Source: Trichoplax adhaerens
Lineage: Eukaryota; Animalia; Placozoa
Length of the DNA: 64,000 nt
Reading direction: 5' to 3'
NCBI RefSeq assembly: GCF_000150275.1
Contig: NW_002060964.1
Span: forward strand, 549,643 to 613,642
Below the pieces are notes generated by a model. It was not told where the DNA came from, made no database searches, and saw only the letters and a program-made list of their open reading frames with translations. Below are positions 39,301-51,572 of the stretch, in pieces; position 1 is the stretch's first letter; the number at the start of each line of letters is the position of its first letter. The translations under genes were made by a program, and so were the position numbers.

Positions 39301-42300
39301 ACCTATATCACTGCGACAGCGGTAAGATACCTACCACTGTATTCGATACATATTGTAGAGAAGATTGCACATATAAATATACAGAAAACTTAAAATGATC
39401 ATTTATTTCCGAGATATTTATTCAATGACGTTGATCTTGCTAGTATATTGAATATCAATTTTAATGTTAGATTAACATCATATCAATCATAAATAGTTCT
39501 CGTCACTATTGATGTTATACTTTACTACTTCCTTCAGTAACATAAAGACTGAAATTGATTTATCTAGGTATTATAGCGACTTGTATTTGACATACAAATT
39601 GAATATAAAAATTCAGAGTACGAATAAATTAAAGCAATCATGAATGTCTCTAGTTATATTCAGTGCTATTTTTGACTTCTTTGAGTAATATAACTTATAT
39701 CTTATCCACAAATTGAATGCAAAAATTGAGAGCAAGAGTAAATCAAAACCATCATAAACAGCTCTCTTTATCGTCAATATCATTTCTTTCTCCTTTCAGT
39801 ATTATGAAGATTACAAATTTAAACAAGTGGATGACCGTCGTAATTTTAAGCAAGATTTTCAAAGTTTTATTGCCTTGGCTGCTTCTATCCCTAATCTTGT
39901 CGTTATGGTTATAAATATTTTCTTACAGCATCGGTGAGCATATAAACTTCTACAAATTAGTCCGTCATCATAACTATGAGTAAGATAGTTTTGAGGTCTG
40001 AGATGGCGCCGATAGATTCATCTATCACACCATTAAAAAGTATCAGTAGTGATTGCAGTTTCGGTGATCTTAGGCACAGAATATTTACTCTTTATTAAGC
40101 GAGTTTGTAGATTGCTAGCTCTCAACAACTTCTATTTCAATATTTTCAGGATATCCCTCATAGCCCGTTTTGTAGGATCTTTAATAGCAATTATTTCTAT
40201 CTTTGCCGTAACTTTAATCTTTATTTACATTGATACGTCAGCATGTGAGTACATTAACTACTACTGATGATTGAAATTTAAATGAAAGAATTATTCTAAT
40301 ATGTTATTATTACTATTCTACCACTACGCTACTTAGGGACAGAAGGCTTCTTTAATATAACATTAATTAGCATCGTTATATCTAATGGTAATGATCTCCG
40401 CATCTAAATACAGTTATATTCTCTACTCATAAAAAGTTTTCTCAATGAATATAGATTGATATTTTATTTGCTATGTTGAGATGCGTATATTCAATTAATT
40501 AAATTAAATAAGTAAACCAAACCTTACAGGTACATCTAATGACTAGCCAGTAAATGCATTATCTTATATATATTTATGTTATGTTATAGCTGCATCATCA
40601 TTATTCCAGAGTTCGACTTTTGGGTTAGCCGGCCATTTCCCACAAAAATACACTCAAGCCGTAGCAAATGGCCAGGTAAATTTCTACCTCTACCGTATGC
40701 AATATAAGATTTTCAGGAATTGAGTTTCAATTTTTATGAAACCTCTAATCTGAAACCATAATGTTACATTCAAATTTTAATTTAATAGGGACTGATTGGT
40801 ACTGCTATTCCAGTTATTGCAGTACTCAGCGTTGTTGTTAATCCAAATCCAACAGACAGTGCTTTAGCTTATTTCCTTTCCTGCCTATTTGTTTTAATCT
40901 TAACGTTGGTCAGTCTTATTTATCTAACTAAAATGGTAAGTTATAGTTTTTGCATTATGAAAGTAAGAAAAGCTAATGAATACCGCGGCTTGCAGTAAAT
41001 TCCAGAACTAATTTTTATATTTCCAATTGACTCTCGAAATAGAAATTTATTAAGAATCATGTCAGTCTTAGAAACAGAAGGAAAAGTAAGATTGATTGCT
41101 AATACACAACACTACGCAATATCCTGCAATAATATTTGCGGCCTTCTTTTATACTTTATATCCACCAAAATGCTGTTTAGGCATATCTCATTTCCAGATT
41201 TATGTTTACGCACAGGTGTAATACGAAATGGAAAGGAAGTTGAAATTGGTAAGGTAAAGCCAGAATATCGTAAAGTTTTTAAACAGGTAATTTTAAAATT
41301 AAATTAAAATGCGATCCAAAATGTTTAAACTTATAATCTATACAGTCTTAACAGAAGCTAACTTGCTTTTAATCAAGTATTCAACATGACTGATCTTTCA
41401 CATGCAATCTAGATTTGGCTATTGCTATTCTCAAATTGGCTCAATTTTTTTATCACATTGGCATGTTTCCCTGCCGTCTGTGCTAATATAAGATCGATGG
41501 ATAGCGATCCTGATCATCTTTGGAGTGGTAGGCTCTATCATCATTTTATCACATAATATTTGGTACCTTTTACTTACTTTGATTATTTTTCAACCATTAT
41601 AAGGAAAGTTATTCACGCCTGTAGCAACATTTTTAATGTTCGGATTAACGGACTGGATAGGCAAAGCAGCAGCAGCATGGATACCTGTGGTAAATATCAT
41701 TATAGCATATTTATTTCATCTGTATATAAATCAATCATCAGTGTTGGTAGATTTACTTTTGCTAATAAGTGACTACTTATACTGATGTTTAATGCTATAT
41801 TTTGCTAGCCAAAGAGACATCAAGTTTGGTTGGTAATATGTCGAATCGCTTTCGTACCAGTATTTATTTTCTGCAATTATAAACCTCATCTTCGGACTAT
41901 ACCCGTCATTTTTAACCACGATGGATATTACTTTGTATTTATGATTCTATTTGGATTAAGTAACGGCTTAATTGGGACGCGAATTATGATGTCTGCTCCT
42001 GAGTAAGTCAAACTTGATACAATGTTCGAAAAATAGTTACTAGATTGTGTTGTTGTGCGTAGATTAGCGGATTACATTACCTCATAACTTTCTACTGCCA
42101 CCATACACAATCAGCTGGACTGTATAATACAAAAAATTGCGGCAAATGTAACGTTGAAAATACTATAATACCCACAATTCTGCCTTTAATCAGATCCAAT
42201 TTCTAATTTGAATATGAAAATGTTAACAAAACTAGTATTTCGTATTATAATCATCGCAATCCATAAATCTTACTGAAAGATGTAATAACAGCTTCTCGAA

Positions 42301-42568
42301 CCTAATTCTCACCTAAATTATTATTTTTACGCTTGGAAATGGAATATAATTAAATGAAGGAATTACAGTATGTTACTATAGCATGTGCAAAAAATTTAAC
42401 CCGTACTTATTCAGTTCTGAATGTGTTATTCTCAAACCAAAAATCTACAGATCAGTAGCACCAAACCAACGCGGATTAGCAGGGACGATGATGTCTGCTT
42501 TTGTCGTCATTGGAATATTTACTGGGTCTTTACTCTCTCTCCTCATCTCTCACTTAGTTCAAATGTAA
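36362..42568 (+). CDS. Equilibrative nucleoside transporter (SLC29/ENT family), about 13 coding exons
   Basis: Spliced product contains ENT hallmarks: KDRYNLGYFILFLFGMTTLLPW (exon 39240-39321), FQSSTFGLAGHFPQKYTQAVANGQG, FFITLACFPAV, FLMFGLTDWIGK, RIAFVPVFIFCN, FGLSNG, and ends AGTMMSAFVVIGIFTGSLLS..QM* at 42568. Two upstream exons (36362-36547, about 36636-36837) give a long hydrophilic N-tail. Confidence 0.92.
37505..38100. repeat. Minisatellite, about 105-115 bp unit, ENT intron 2
   Basis: About 5 copies of gaaatgattccttatcctcctcagcttaaagttagccttaacttatgtcacgagttttaaatgcttttaaacggtatcaatgacagctatgctaattcaactt. Confidence 0.9.
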
Positions 42569-44687
42569 AATTGGCTCTAACAACTTAACTGATGGCTTCT
42601 TGCATCGTAATAAGAATTTAAAATGCAAAATGTTCGTAAAGTAGAAAATTAAAAAAGATTTATTATATCAATTATTTTACTTATTGTAACTTACAAAGAT
42701 GACAGCTATAATTGATAAATTAACGTTCTATTAGAAACTATTCTGCTATTCTTCATAGTATATTGAATATGATTTTTCGTTAAATTATATCTGTTTTTAT
42801 TGCTGTATTTTTAACATTAAATAGAACCTTTAATAGTAACTGACTAATTGTATACCACATACGATTCAATTTCTTATTTAGCAGCAATTCTTTAATTGTT
42901 ATACTGGCTAATAAATAATTATTTAATAGGGCACACATTAATTATCTTTAAAGTGGTTAATGCAGTCTATTACCTCAGTAGTACTAAATTAAGATTACAT
43001 AGCTTAATTGATATTACTAGTGTTATTCCTTGGCTCATTTCCCGAACATTTTAAGATTGAATTCGTATTATGAGATTTTTAAATGTTTACGGTATGATAT
43101 AGTAAGGACTTTAGCATTTATTTCCTTCAACTTTCTATCTTAAAGAATGATCGAATTTAATAATTCCTTCGATGATGATTCATTTTAATCACAGCAATTA
43201 CCAGATTAATGTTATGATACCGTACTATTATTAAGGAAGCAGTAGTGTTTTAACTCGTCAAAGTTACATACGTTAAATTTCTCCTTCAATCATTATTCAT
43301 GTTATTATTTTAAATTATGCGTTGCAATGGATGTGAATGCATGCGCAATTGAAGCTCCCAATACGAGAATAACAGGGATTTATTTTATCCTATCTTATTA
43401 CCCGGAATGAAATAGTTTAGATTTTGCGATAATAAAAGTATACCGTATCTATCTTATTTATTAACTATCCTTATAACTACTGCAATCGATTAACAAATAC
43501 CTTGTTCAATTTTGTAAAATTTCTATAATTACTGTTACTATTACTATAACTATTATTATTACTAGTTATCATGATATTCTAATACCTGCAACTTTTCCTT
43601 GGCTGACGAGTTGCTATAATTTTTACATGATCACATGTGATAAGTTGTTTATTCTTACGTTGAATCATAATTTACTTACGTTATTCGAAGCATAAGAGAT
43701 AGTGCTATTTGGAATACTTAAATTTTTCGAAATAACTTTAAGCAAAATCCACGAGTCCTACATGAAAAATTCATAGATCATCTCTATTGTCATTAAACCA
43801 TTAATAGCTGTACTTTAACTCATTTCTTCGCAAATATCTTTTTTTATCAAAGAATCTCTGGAAAGTATTAATAATCTTTATTTAGGAAATATCGTTGTAC
43901 CTTAACGGAAATTGTACTAATTGTTAGCTTCAAGAGCATTAGAATCGACAACTGCAGGATATCTAATTCTACAGTGCAGCTATTTCAGTGTTCAGTATGG
44001 GACACTTCTTATTTATCATTCCTTAGGTACTATACTCCTCCATATTGAATATAGTACCTTGCTCATCATATTAAACTTATTAATTCTCACTTATAGAGCA
44101 ATTTACGCTTTTATTTTTATTCTGCATAAAGCTACGTCTTCATTAACTTGTTAGCAAACCCGAATAATTAAGTCCTTGTTGTATACGCTACTAGATGGGA
44201 TTAACTACGGCTATAATACATGGTGCATAACATCCAATTTTATTTACAGCTAAATAAAATGCTTTTTCAGATTTGCATTCATCGGCTGTTTTGTGACATG
44301 ATCACAAAATTGTAAAACAATTTTCAATCCATTAATCAGTTCAACCGCAGGTAGTAGGCCTACTAGTCTATAATTTTCTGTTGTGGCTGTATTAAAATAA
44401 AACGAGTCCGCTATATGCATAAAAAAAGTTATTTTTCTATATAAAGTGAATATTCCAGTCATATTACATTGGATTAAATATCGATATAAAATTAGATTGT
44501 AGAAACATATTAAACTCCTAATTTTGAAGCACGTTTACGGATTTGTTCAACAATAGAGAATTTAATAGTCTGCGCAGCCAATACAACATTTACACAGTAG
44601 ATCATTTAGTGAAATACATGTTGTGAATAATCAAATATTCATTTATACGCGTAAAATAACAGCCAATACTTTTTATTATGATTATTA

Positions 44688-45057
44688 GTACTCCTCAAGA
44701 ATTTTAGTGTGCCGTGATGTATAAGTAACTTGTAGATTGCACGATAATTACGGTACATTTAAGAATAAGAAATATTGTACACTTGAAGTTAGTTTATTAT
44801 CAAAGTTGCATTTACCTTTCACTTTAAATGTCACGATAGGATTAAGATTTTAAGTTACTTATTTCTAAATACTTTCCCCTACAATTACTAGTACTCTTCA
44901 AGAATCTAAGTGTGCCATAATGTATAAGGAACATGTAGATTGTACCATAATTACATTTAAGAATAAGAAGTATTGTACGTTTGAAGGTAGTTTATTATCA
45001 AAGTCTTACTTATCCTTGCATTCTAAATTTTACGAAAGGATTCAGGCTTTAAGTTAT
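44688..45057. repeat. About 200-bp tandem duplication in the 3' UTR region of TPR gene A
   Basis: agtactc.tcaagaat..agtgtgcc..acatttaagaataagaa.tattgtac..tagtttattatcaaagt at about 44688-44858 and about 44890-45057. Confidence 0.8.
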
Positions 45058-45397
45058 TAATTTCCAATGCCATCACTGGAAGCTCCGCTTGCAGTTGCCA
45101 ATAGTTTCTCTCCAAAGCGTTGCACCGTCGTTACAGTATTCTCTTGAAGTAATCGACAGAATATTATGAAATCGGACCCACAACGACAGTAACATAAAAT
45201 CTCAAGTAGCATTTCTACTCGATCTTCTCTATGTTTCTCATTTCTGATGTCAGCAACTTGTCTACAGCTTAAAATGTGTTTCAACTTCAATGAATTTAAT
45301 ATTTCATCGATCGGTACTACTCTAATAAATTCTTCACCGTGCTCATTTAAAGCATGTTGTAACTGTTTGGTCGATGGCGTTTGCTCCTCATTTATGG
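45057..45397 (-). CDS. CARD-domain terminal exon of TPR gene A
   Basis: Open from the AG acceptor to TAA. Matches the CARD pattern L..h...li.....eiL..L....iLs......I.....r.d....LL..L...G...F..F...L by eye. Confidence 0.78.
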
Positions 45398-48300
45398 CTG
45401 TTGTATAAAAATTTGATAGAAATTTTATTTAAGAAATAGAATAATATTTCATTAACTATATCGCGAAAATATTGTTAATAAACCTAAATGAAGGCGGTAC
45501 ATCCCATTTAATAAGACCCGGTCTTGTATAACTTATGCATAGATCATGCACTTATAAAAACGTTTGCTTTTACTAAGCTAAAATTATGTTAATTTGAGTA
45601 AAGGACCGTACTTGAGACTGCTGTTGCGACCGTGTATCTACATAATGCAAATATAATCTACCATTCAGAATAAAATGAAATTCTGCGAATGGTTTTGTAT
45701 TCATCTATTATAGACTAAATTACGAACTATAAGTAGCCTGATCTAGTTGTAATCGGCGACATAAGAATTCTTTAAGACACTAGTAAAATATCCATTTTGT
45801 AATATACAGTAATCACAGGTCGATGCAATATAGTCAATAAAAGACAATACTATATTGAAATTAACAGAAATAGAAGTTACCTGATGCTATTGTTGAACGA
45901 TCTGTTTGTAGTTGATTGCTTGCGTCTGTTCGATGTGTAAATTCTTCCTCAGTTGCTAATTTTTGTTGCTTTGCAGCAGTATCAGATACCTGACAAAACT
46001 GGTCGTTACATTTTGCAATATGATCTTTTAACGTTTTCATTTTGGGATGATCTTCTTCGAATAAATTACGTAAAATAGTGACGGCTTTTTCATAATGTAA
46101 TTTGGCTCGATTATAATCGCATTGACGAAAGTAGACGTGCGCTTTATTTCGGTAAGAATTAGCGGCATAAGGATGGTCTTCGCTTAAGTTCTTCCGAGTG
46201 ATATTAAGCGACCTATCACACATAGCATGAGCTTCATCGAAATCACCTTGTTTCATGTTTACAGTTGCTATGCTGTTATATACCATAGCAAGAAAGGGAT
46301 GATCAGGTTTTATAAAACTTGCCCTGTAAACATCTTGAGATTGTTGGTGTTTAGCGAGAGCCTCTCCATATTTATCTTGCTTATTGTAGATATAGCCAAT
46401 GCATCCGTATGACATAGCAACATCTGGATGATTATCACCGAGTAATTCACGCTGAATTTTCAGTGATTGCTCATGCATAGAAAGAGCTCTATCGTATTCA
46501 CCTTGCTTACTGAGGACAAGACCAATGTTATTACGCAGACAAGCAACAATAATGCGACTGTTATAGGGTTTTTTTAGGTAAATATTTAGCGATTTGTTAT
46601 ACATAGAAAGAGCACCATCTAAATTTCCTTGAGAATAATATACATATCCGATACCTTTATATGACTTAGCAATATCAGGATGGTCGAGACCTAGAGCTGA
46701 TAATTGAATTTTGATTGCTTTTTCATGCATGAAAAGGGCCATTTTATACTTGCCTTGTTGGCTATAGACAATCCCTATGTTATTGTATGTTTCTGCAATA
46801 TCTGGATTGGTGTAACCAAGAACTTTGGTTTGGATTTGTACTGATTCCTCAAACTTACAAAGAGCATCTTCGTGCCTACCTAGAGCATAATAGACATTTC
46901 CCATATTATTATAGGACTTAGCTATATCATGATGGTTTTCGCCAAGAACTTTCGATTGTATATTGATTGCTTTCTCATACATAGAAAAAGCCTCTTCATA
47001 CTTGCCTTGATAGTAATAGATCTTTCCTATATTATTATTTGACTTTGCAACATCAGGATGATTTCGACCAAAGGCTGACATTTGAATTTTAAGAGCTTTC
47101 TCGTACGATGAAAGTGCTTCTTTATGCTTGCCTTCATATTCAAGAACAGCTCCGATGTTACTATGTGATTGTGCAACATCGGAATGTTCGTAGCCAAGGA
47201 CTGACAATCGAATTTGCAGCGATTCTTCATACATAGAATGGGCCCTTTTAGGCTCGTCTTGACGATAGCAGACATTTCCCATGTTGCTGTACGACTTTGC
47301 AACATCTGGATGATTCTTTCCGAGGCGCTCCGATCGAATTTTGAGTGACTTTTCATACTTAATACGAGCATCGTCATACTTGCTTTGACAGAAATAGACA
47401 TCTCCTATGTAACTATACGTCTGTGCAATATCAAGAGTATTATGATCGAGTTCTGACTTCTCCTGAATTTTAAGGGATAGATCAAACTTTAGAAGAGCTT
47501 CTTCATATTTGCCTTGACTAGAGTAAATAGCTCCTATACCATTGTATAACTTGGCAACATCGGGATGATTATGATCTAAAGATGATAACAGAATATTTTC
47601 CGACTTTTTATACATAGAAAGGGCCTCTTCATGTTTACCTTGGTCAAAATAGGCTGCTGCAATGTAGTTATACGATTTCGCGATAGCATGGTGATCATGT
47701 GCAAGACCTGATAATCTAATTTTAAGTGATTTTTCATACATAGAAATAGCCTCACCATGCTTGCCTTGACTAGAAAACACAGCTCCAATGTTATCGTATA
47801 AATGCGTAACATTAAGAGTTTCAGGCCCATAGATTGCTACAAGAATTTTGCGTGACTTTTCATACATAGAATAAGCATTATCGTATTCGGCCTGTCTAGA
47901 ATAAACCTTTCCCATGTTATTATAGGATTCTGCAACATCCAGATGATTGTTGCCTAAGACTGATGATCGGATTTTTAGCGATTTTTCGAACTCAGAAAGG
48001 GCCTCTTTGTATTTATCTTGTTTAAAATAGATATTACCAATGTTATTATACGTCTGCGCTAGATCGGGATGTGTTTGATCAAGGACTGATTTCTGAATTT
48101 TGAGCGATTTCTCATACTTGGCAATAGCATCTTCATCCTTGCCTTGATTAGAATAGACATTTGCCATTCTACTATATGATCTAGCAACGTCAGGATGGTT
48201 TTCGTTATAGACTGATAATTGAATTTCGAGAGCCTTGTTATACATAGCTAGGGCGTCTTCATACTTGCCTTGGCGAAAATACGTATCTCCCTCGCCGCTA

Positions 48301-49994
48301 TAAGATTTGGCAATATCAGGATGAATGTGACTAAAGACTTTTATTTGAATAACGATAGACTTCTTATAGCTAGAATGGGCCTCCTCGTACTTGCCTTGGC
48401 GAGAATAGATATTACCAATATAAATATATGTCTGCGCTATATCAGGATGATTGGAATCCGTAAAAGCCTTCTTTTGAACATTGAGCGCTTTATTGCACTT
48501 AGAAAGAGCTTCACCAAACTTGCCTTGATTTAAATAGACGTTCGCTATGCAGTTGTTTAGCCTGGCAACATCAGGATGATAGTAGCCGAGGACTGAGTGT
48601 CGAATTTTGATAGATTTCTCGAACATAGAAAGAGCCTCTTCATGCTTTCCTTGGTATTCCTTGATATTACCTATATTATAATAGGATTGAGCTATATCTG
48701 GATGATTATGATTACTACTAAAAGCTGATTTTTGAATTTCAAGAGATTTCTCGCACAAAGTAAGAGCTTGTTCATACTTGCCCTGAATTACGTAGATATT
48801 TCCTTGACTACTGTATACCTTCGCTATATCAGGATGATTATGACCATGTACTGATAATCGGATTTCCAGAGACTCCTTGTACATAGAAAGAGCCTCATCA
48901 TATTTGCCTAGGTCAGAAAAGACATTACCCTTGCTATGATAGGATTGTGCTATATCCGGATGATTACGATTAAGGACTGCCTTTTGAATTTGAAGCGATT
49001 TATCGTACTTAGAGAGAGCTTCCTCGTGCTTGCCTAGGCTAGAATAGGCATTTCCCATGCAGCTATGCGAGTTAGCAACATCGGCATGATTCTCGCCAAA
49101 GACTAATAATCGAATTTCCAGCGACTTCTTATACTCAGTAAGGGCCTCGTCATGTTTGCCTTGATGACTATAGACCTTTCCAATGCTATTGCGCGATTTT
49201 GCGATAATGGGATTATTGTAAACCAGGACTGCAAATTGAATTTTAAGTGCTTTCTCATACTTAGAAAGCGCCTCTTCATTCTTGCCTTGATGTAAATACA
49301 CATCCCCTATATGACTATATGTCTCTGCGAGGTCAGGGTGATCGGGATGGAAGACCGAAAGTTGAACTTTAAGTGACTTTCCAAACTTAGAATGGGCCTC
49401 TTCATATTCTCCTTGATTACAGTGCACAACTCCGATGTGATTGTATAACTTTGCGACATCAGCATGATTGTCGCCGTGGACTGCCGTTTGAATATCCATT
49501 GATTTGTTAAACATGGATAAAGCCTCGTTGTACTTGCCTTGATCGTTACAAGCTATGCCAATATAACGGTATGAATTGCTAATTTCTACTTTCTCGGTAG
49601 AACATTTTAATTCCTTGATATCTCGTGATTTTTCAAAATCAGCTAATGCTTCTTTCCAATCTCCTCGTAGACGTTTAATTTGGCCTTGAACGTCTAAACA
49701 TTGAGCATAGTTGATTTTTTCTGAAAGATTTTCAGCTATTTCAAGAGCTTTTCCACTAAAATGTTGGGCTTTTATGCCATCACCACGCTGTATATATATA
49801 TCGCAAAGTTGAAGATAAATCTGGCACTGATACTGATTCAACTGAGGAGTGTCTCGGCTGATGGCGTTCATTCCCTCGTTTATTCGAATATAGCAAGATA
49901 GAGCTTGATCAAGCTTACCGGCTTGAAGGTTTTTTTTACCTTCTTCGTCTAGAGATTGAAACTGTTGAGTAGATTTAGTCGTTTGATTGCCCAT
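45057..49994 (-). CDS. N-myristoylated TPR-array protein with C-terminal CARD (TPR gene A); exons 49994-45881 and 45397-45057
   Basis: The 1377-aa ORF starts MGNQTTK with an in-frame TGA two codons upstream and holds 28 KLC/NPHP3-type 42-aa TPRs. Donor TCAG|GTAAC at 45881/45880 joins in phase 1 to acceptor ACAACAG|CC at 45397, giving ..LQHALNEHGEEFIRVVPIDEILNSLKLKHILSCRQVADIRNEKHREDRVEMLLEILCYCRCGSDFIIFCRLLQE.., a CARD-like pattern. Small intervening exons cannot be excluded. Confidence 0.85.
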
Positions 49995-50744
49995 ATTTCA
50001 GATTTGAAAAAGGAAAATGAATATGAAATAATGGAACTCGAATTGAACTATGTGTTCTAGTCAAGATTTACGTTTATTTTCGAGTTGTGACTGGTATAAA
50101 GTATAAATAAAAGTCGTTAAATAACGCAAATTGCCGATATTAACCAAGATAGCTAGTCCGTGTTTTGTATAGATACTTTGGATTTAAATTTTCTTCAATC
50201 GAGTTAGAAAAATGAAATTTTCTGCCTGTTGTATGTTCAATCTAGAAAGAAATATCAATAGACTTAGGAAGTTCTAACAAACAAATGAAAACGTAAACGT
50301 GGCAATGTCCAATGGCCTCAATTAACATTGATTACCATTAGTACCATGTAATTCTAGTAGGCAATGCCACCTTGTAGGGCCATTGCTATGCCATCCTTTA
50401 TACTAAATCATTAATCTTAAGCTTATGCGGTTTACTATGGGTGTCTATGGCAATAGCCGAACAAGAGGTAATCCTGTTAGGCCAACGATATATCCTATGG
50501 AAGCACTCGCTAAAACTTTCAGCATACTGATTCGATATGTACAATTTGAAACGCTTAAATGTCCAGGAAAGGGAAAATTTTCTATAAGCAATCGTCAAAA
50601 ATGTAGTGCTGTATCAAGTATGATACTCGATACTTTTGATATTGACCGGTTTAAGCTAAAAAATGCTCTAGCATGTTCAGTATGGCTTCCCAAGTGTCTG
50701 CAATAAACTCTATAAATTTGGGCCAGAAGCAAAGGCCATTAATC

Positions 50745-51572
50745 AGATAGTTCTTAATCGTTTTCGATTTCGATCAAGGAGTAAGCTATGGAGATTGAGA
50801 AAATCTAGATGCGTGATCTTTCTTTAAATGTCATGAGCTGGTAATAGAATATGTTGTTTGAAGAAAATCAGATTGCTTTTTATACTTAATCGTTTCGAAT
50901 TTCGATTAAGGAACGAAAAAGTTATAGAGATGAAGAAAATCTAGATGCCTGATCTTTCTCTAAATATCATGAGCGGGTAATAGAGCGTGGGGTTTGGAAA
51001 AGATCGGACTGCTTATAAGTATTGAACCTTTAATCGTTTTGGACTTCGATTAAGGAGTAAGTTATAGAGATGGAGAAAAATCTAAATGCCTGATCTTTCT
51101 CTGAATGTCATGAACTTGTAATAGAACATGGCGTTTGAAGTAGATCAGACTGTTTAAACTCCTATCGTTTCGGATTTCAATTGAGGAAGGAGTAAGTTAT
51201 AGAGCAGGAGAAAAAAATCTAGCGGTATGATCTTTCTCTAAATATCATGAGCTTTTAGTAGAACATCGCGCTTGAAGAAGATCGGACTGTTTATTAACAT
51301 TAATCGTTTCGGATTTTGATCAAGGAAGGAATAAGTTATAGAGATGGAGGAAAATCTAGATGCCTGATCTTTCTCTAAATGTCATGAGCATGTAATAGAA
51401 TATGGCGTTTGGAGAAGATCGAACAGTTTATTAAACTCTAATCGTTGCGGATTTACATCAGGGAAGGAGTAAGCTATAAAGATGAAGAAAAATCGAAATG
51501 TCTAATCTTTCTCTAACTCCCACAAGCTTGTAATAGAATATGGCGTTTGGAGAATAACTGACTGTTTATTAA
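50745..51572. repeat. Tandem repeat, about 135-140 bp unit x6, upstream of TPR gene A
   Basis: Units start taatcgtttcg at about 50755, 50888, 51031, 51163, 51301 and 51440, each containing tgatctttctctaaat.tcatgagc. Confidence 0.9.

Noticed and set aside
45612-45637. Possible 26-nt micro-exon (DTRSQQQSQ) in the TPR A intron
   Set aside because: On its own it would shift the frame of the CARD exon, and direct splicing is already in frame. It needs transcript data.
50745-51572. Upstream tandem array as decayed TPR coding repeats or a donor-cassette reservoir
   Set aside because: The unit is about 135-140 bp rather than 126 bp, and I see no HPD/QGK-like translation.
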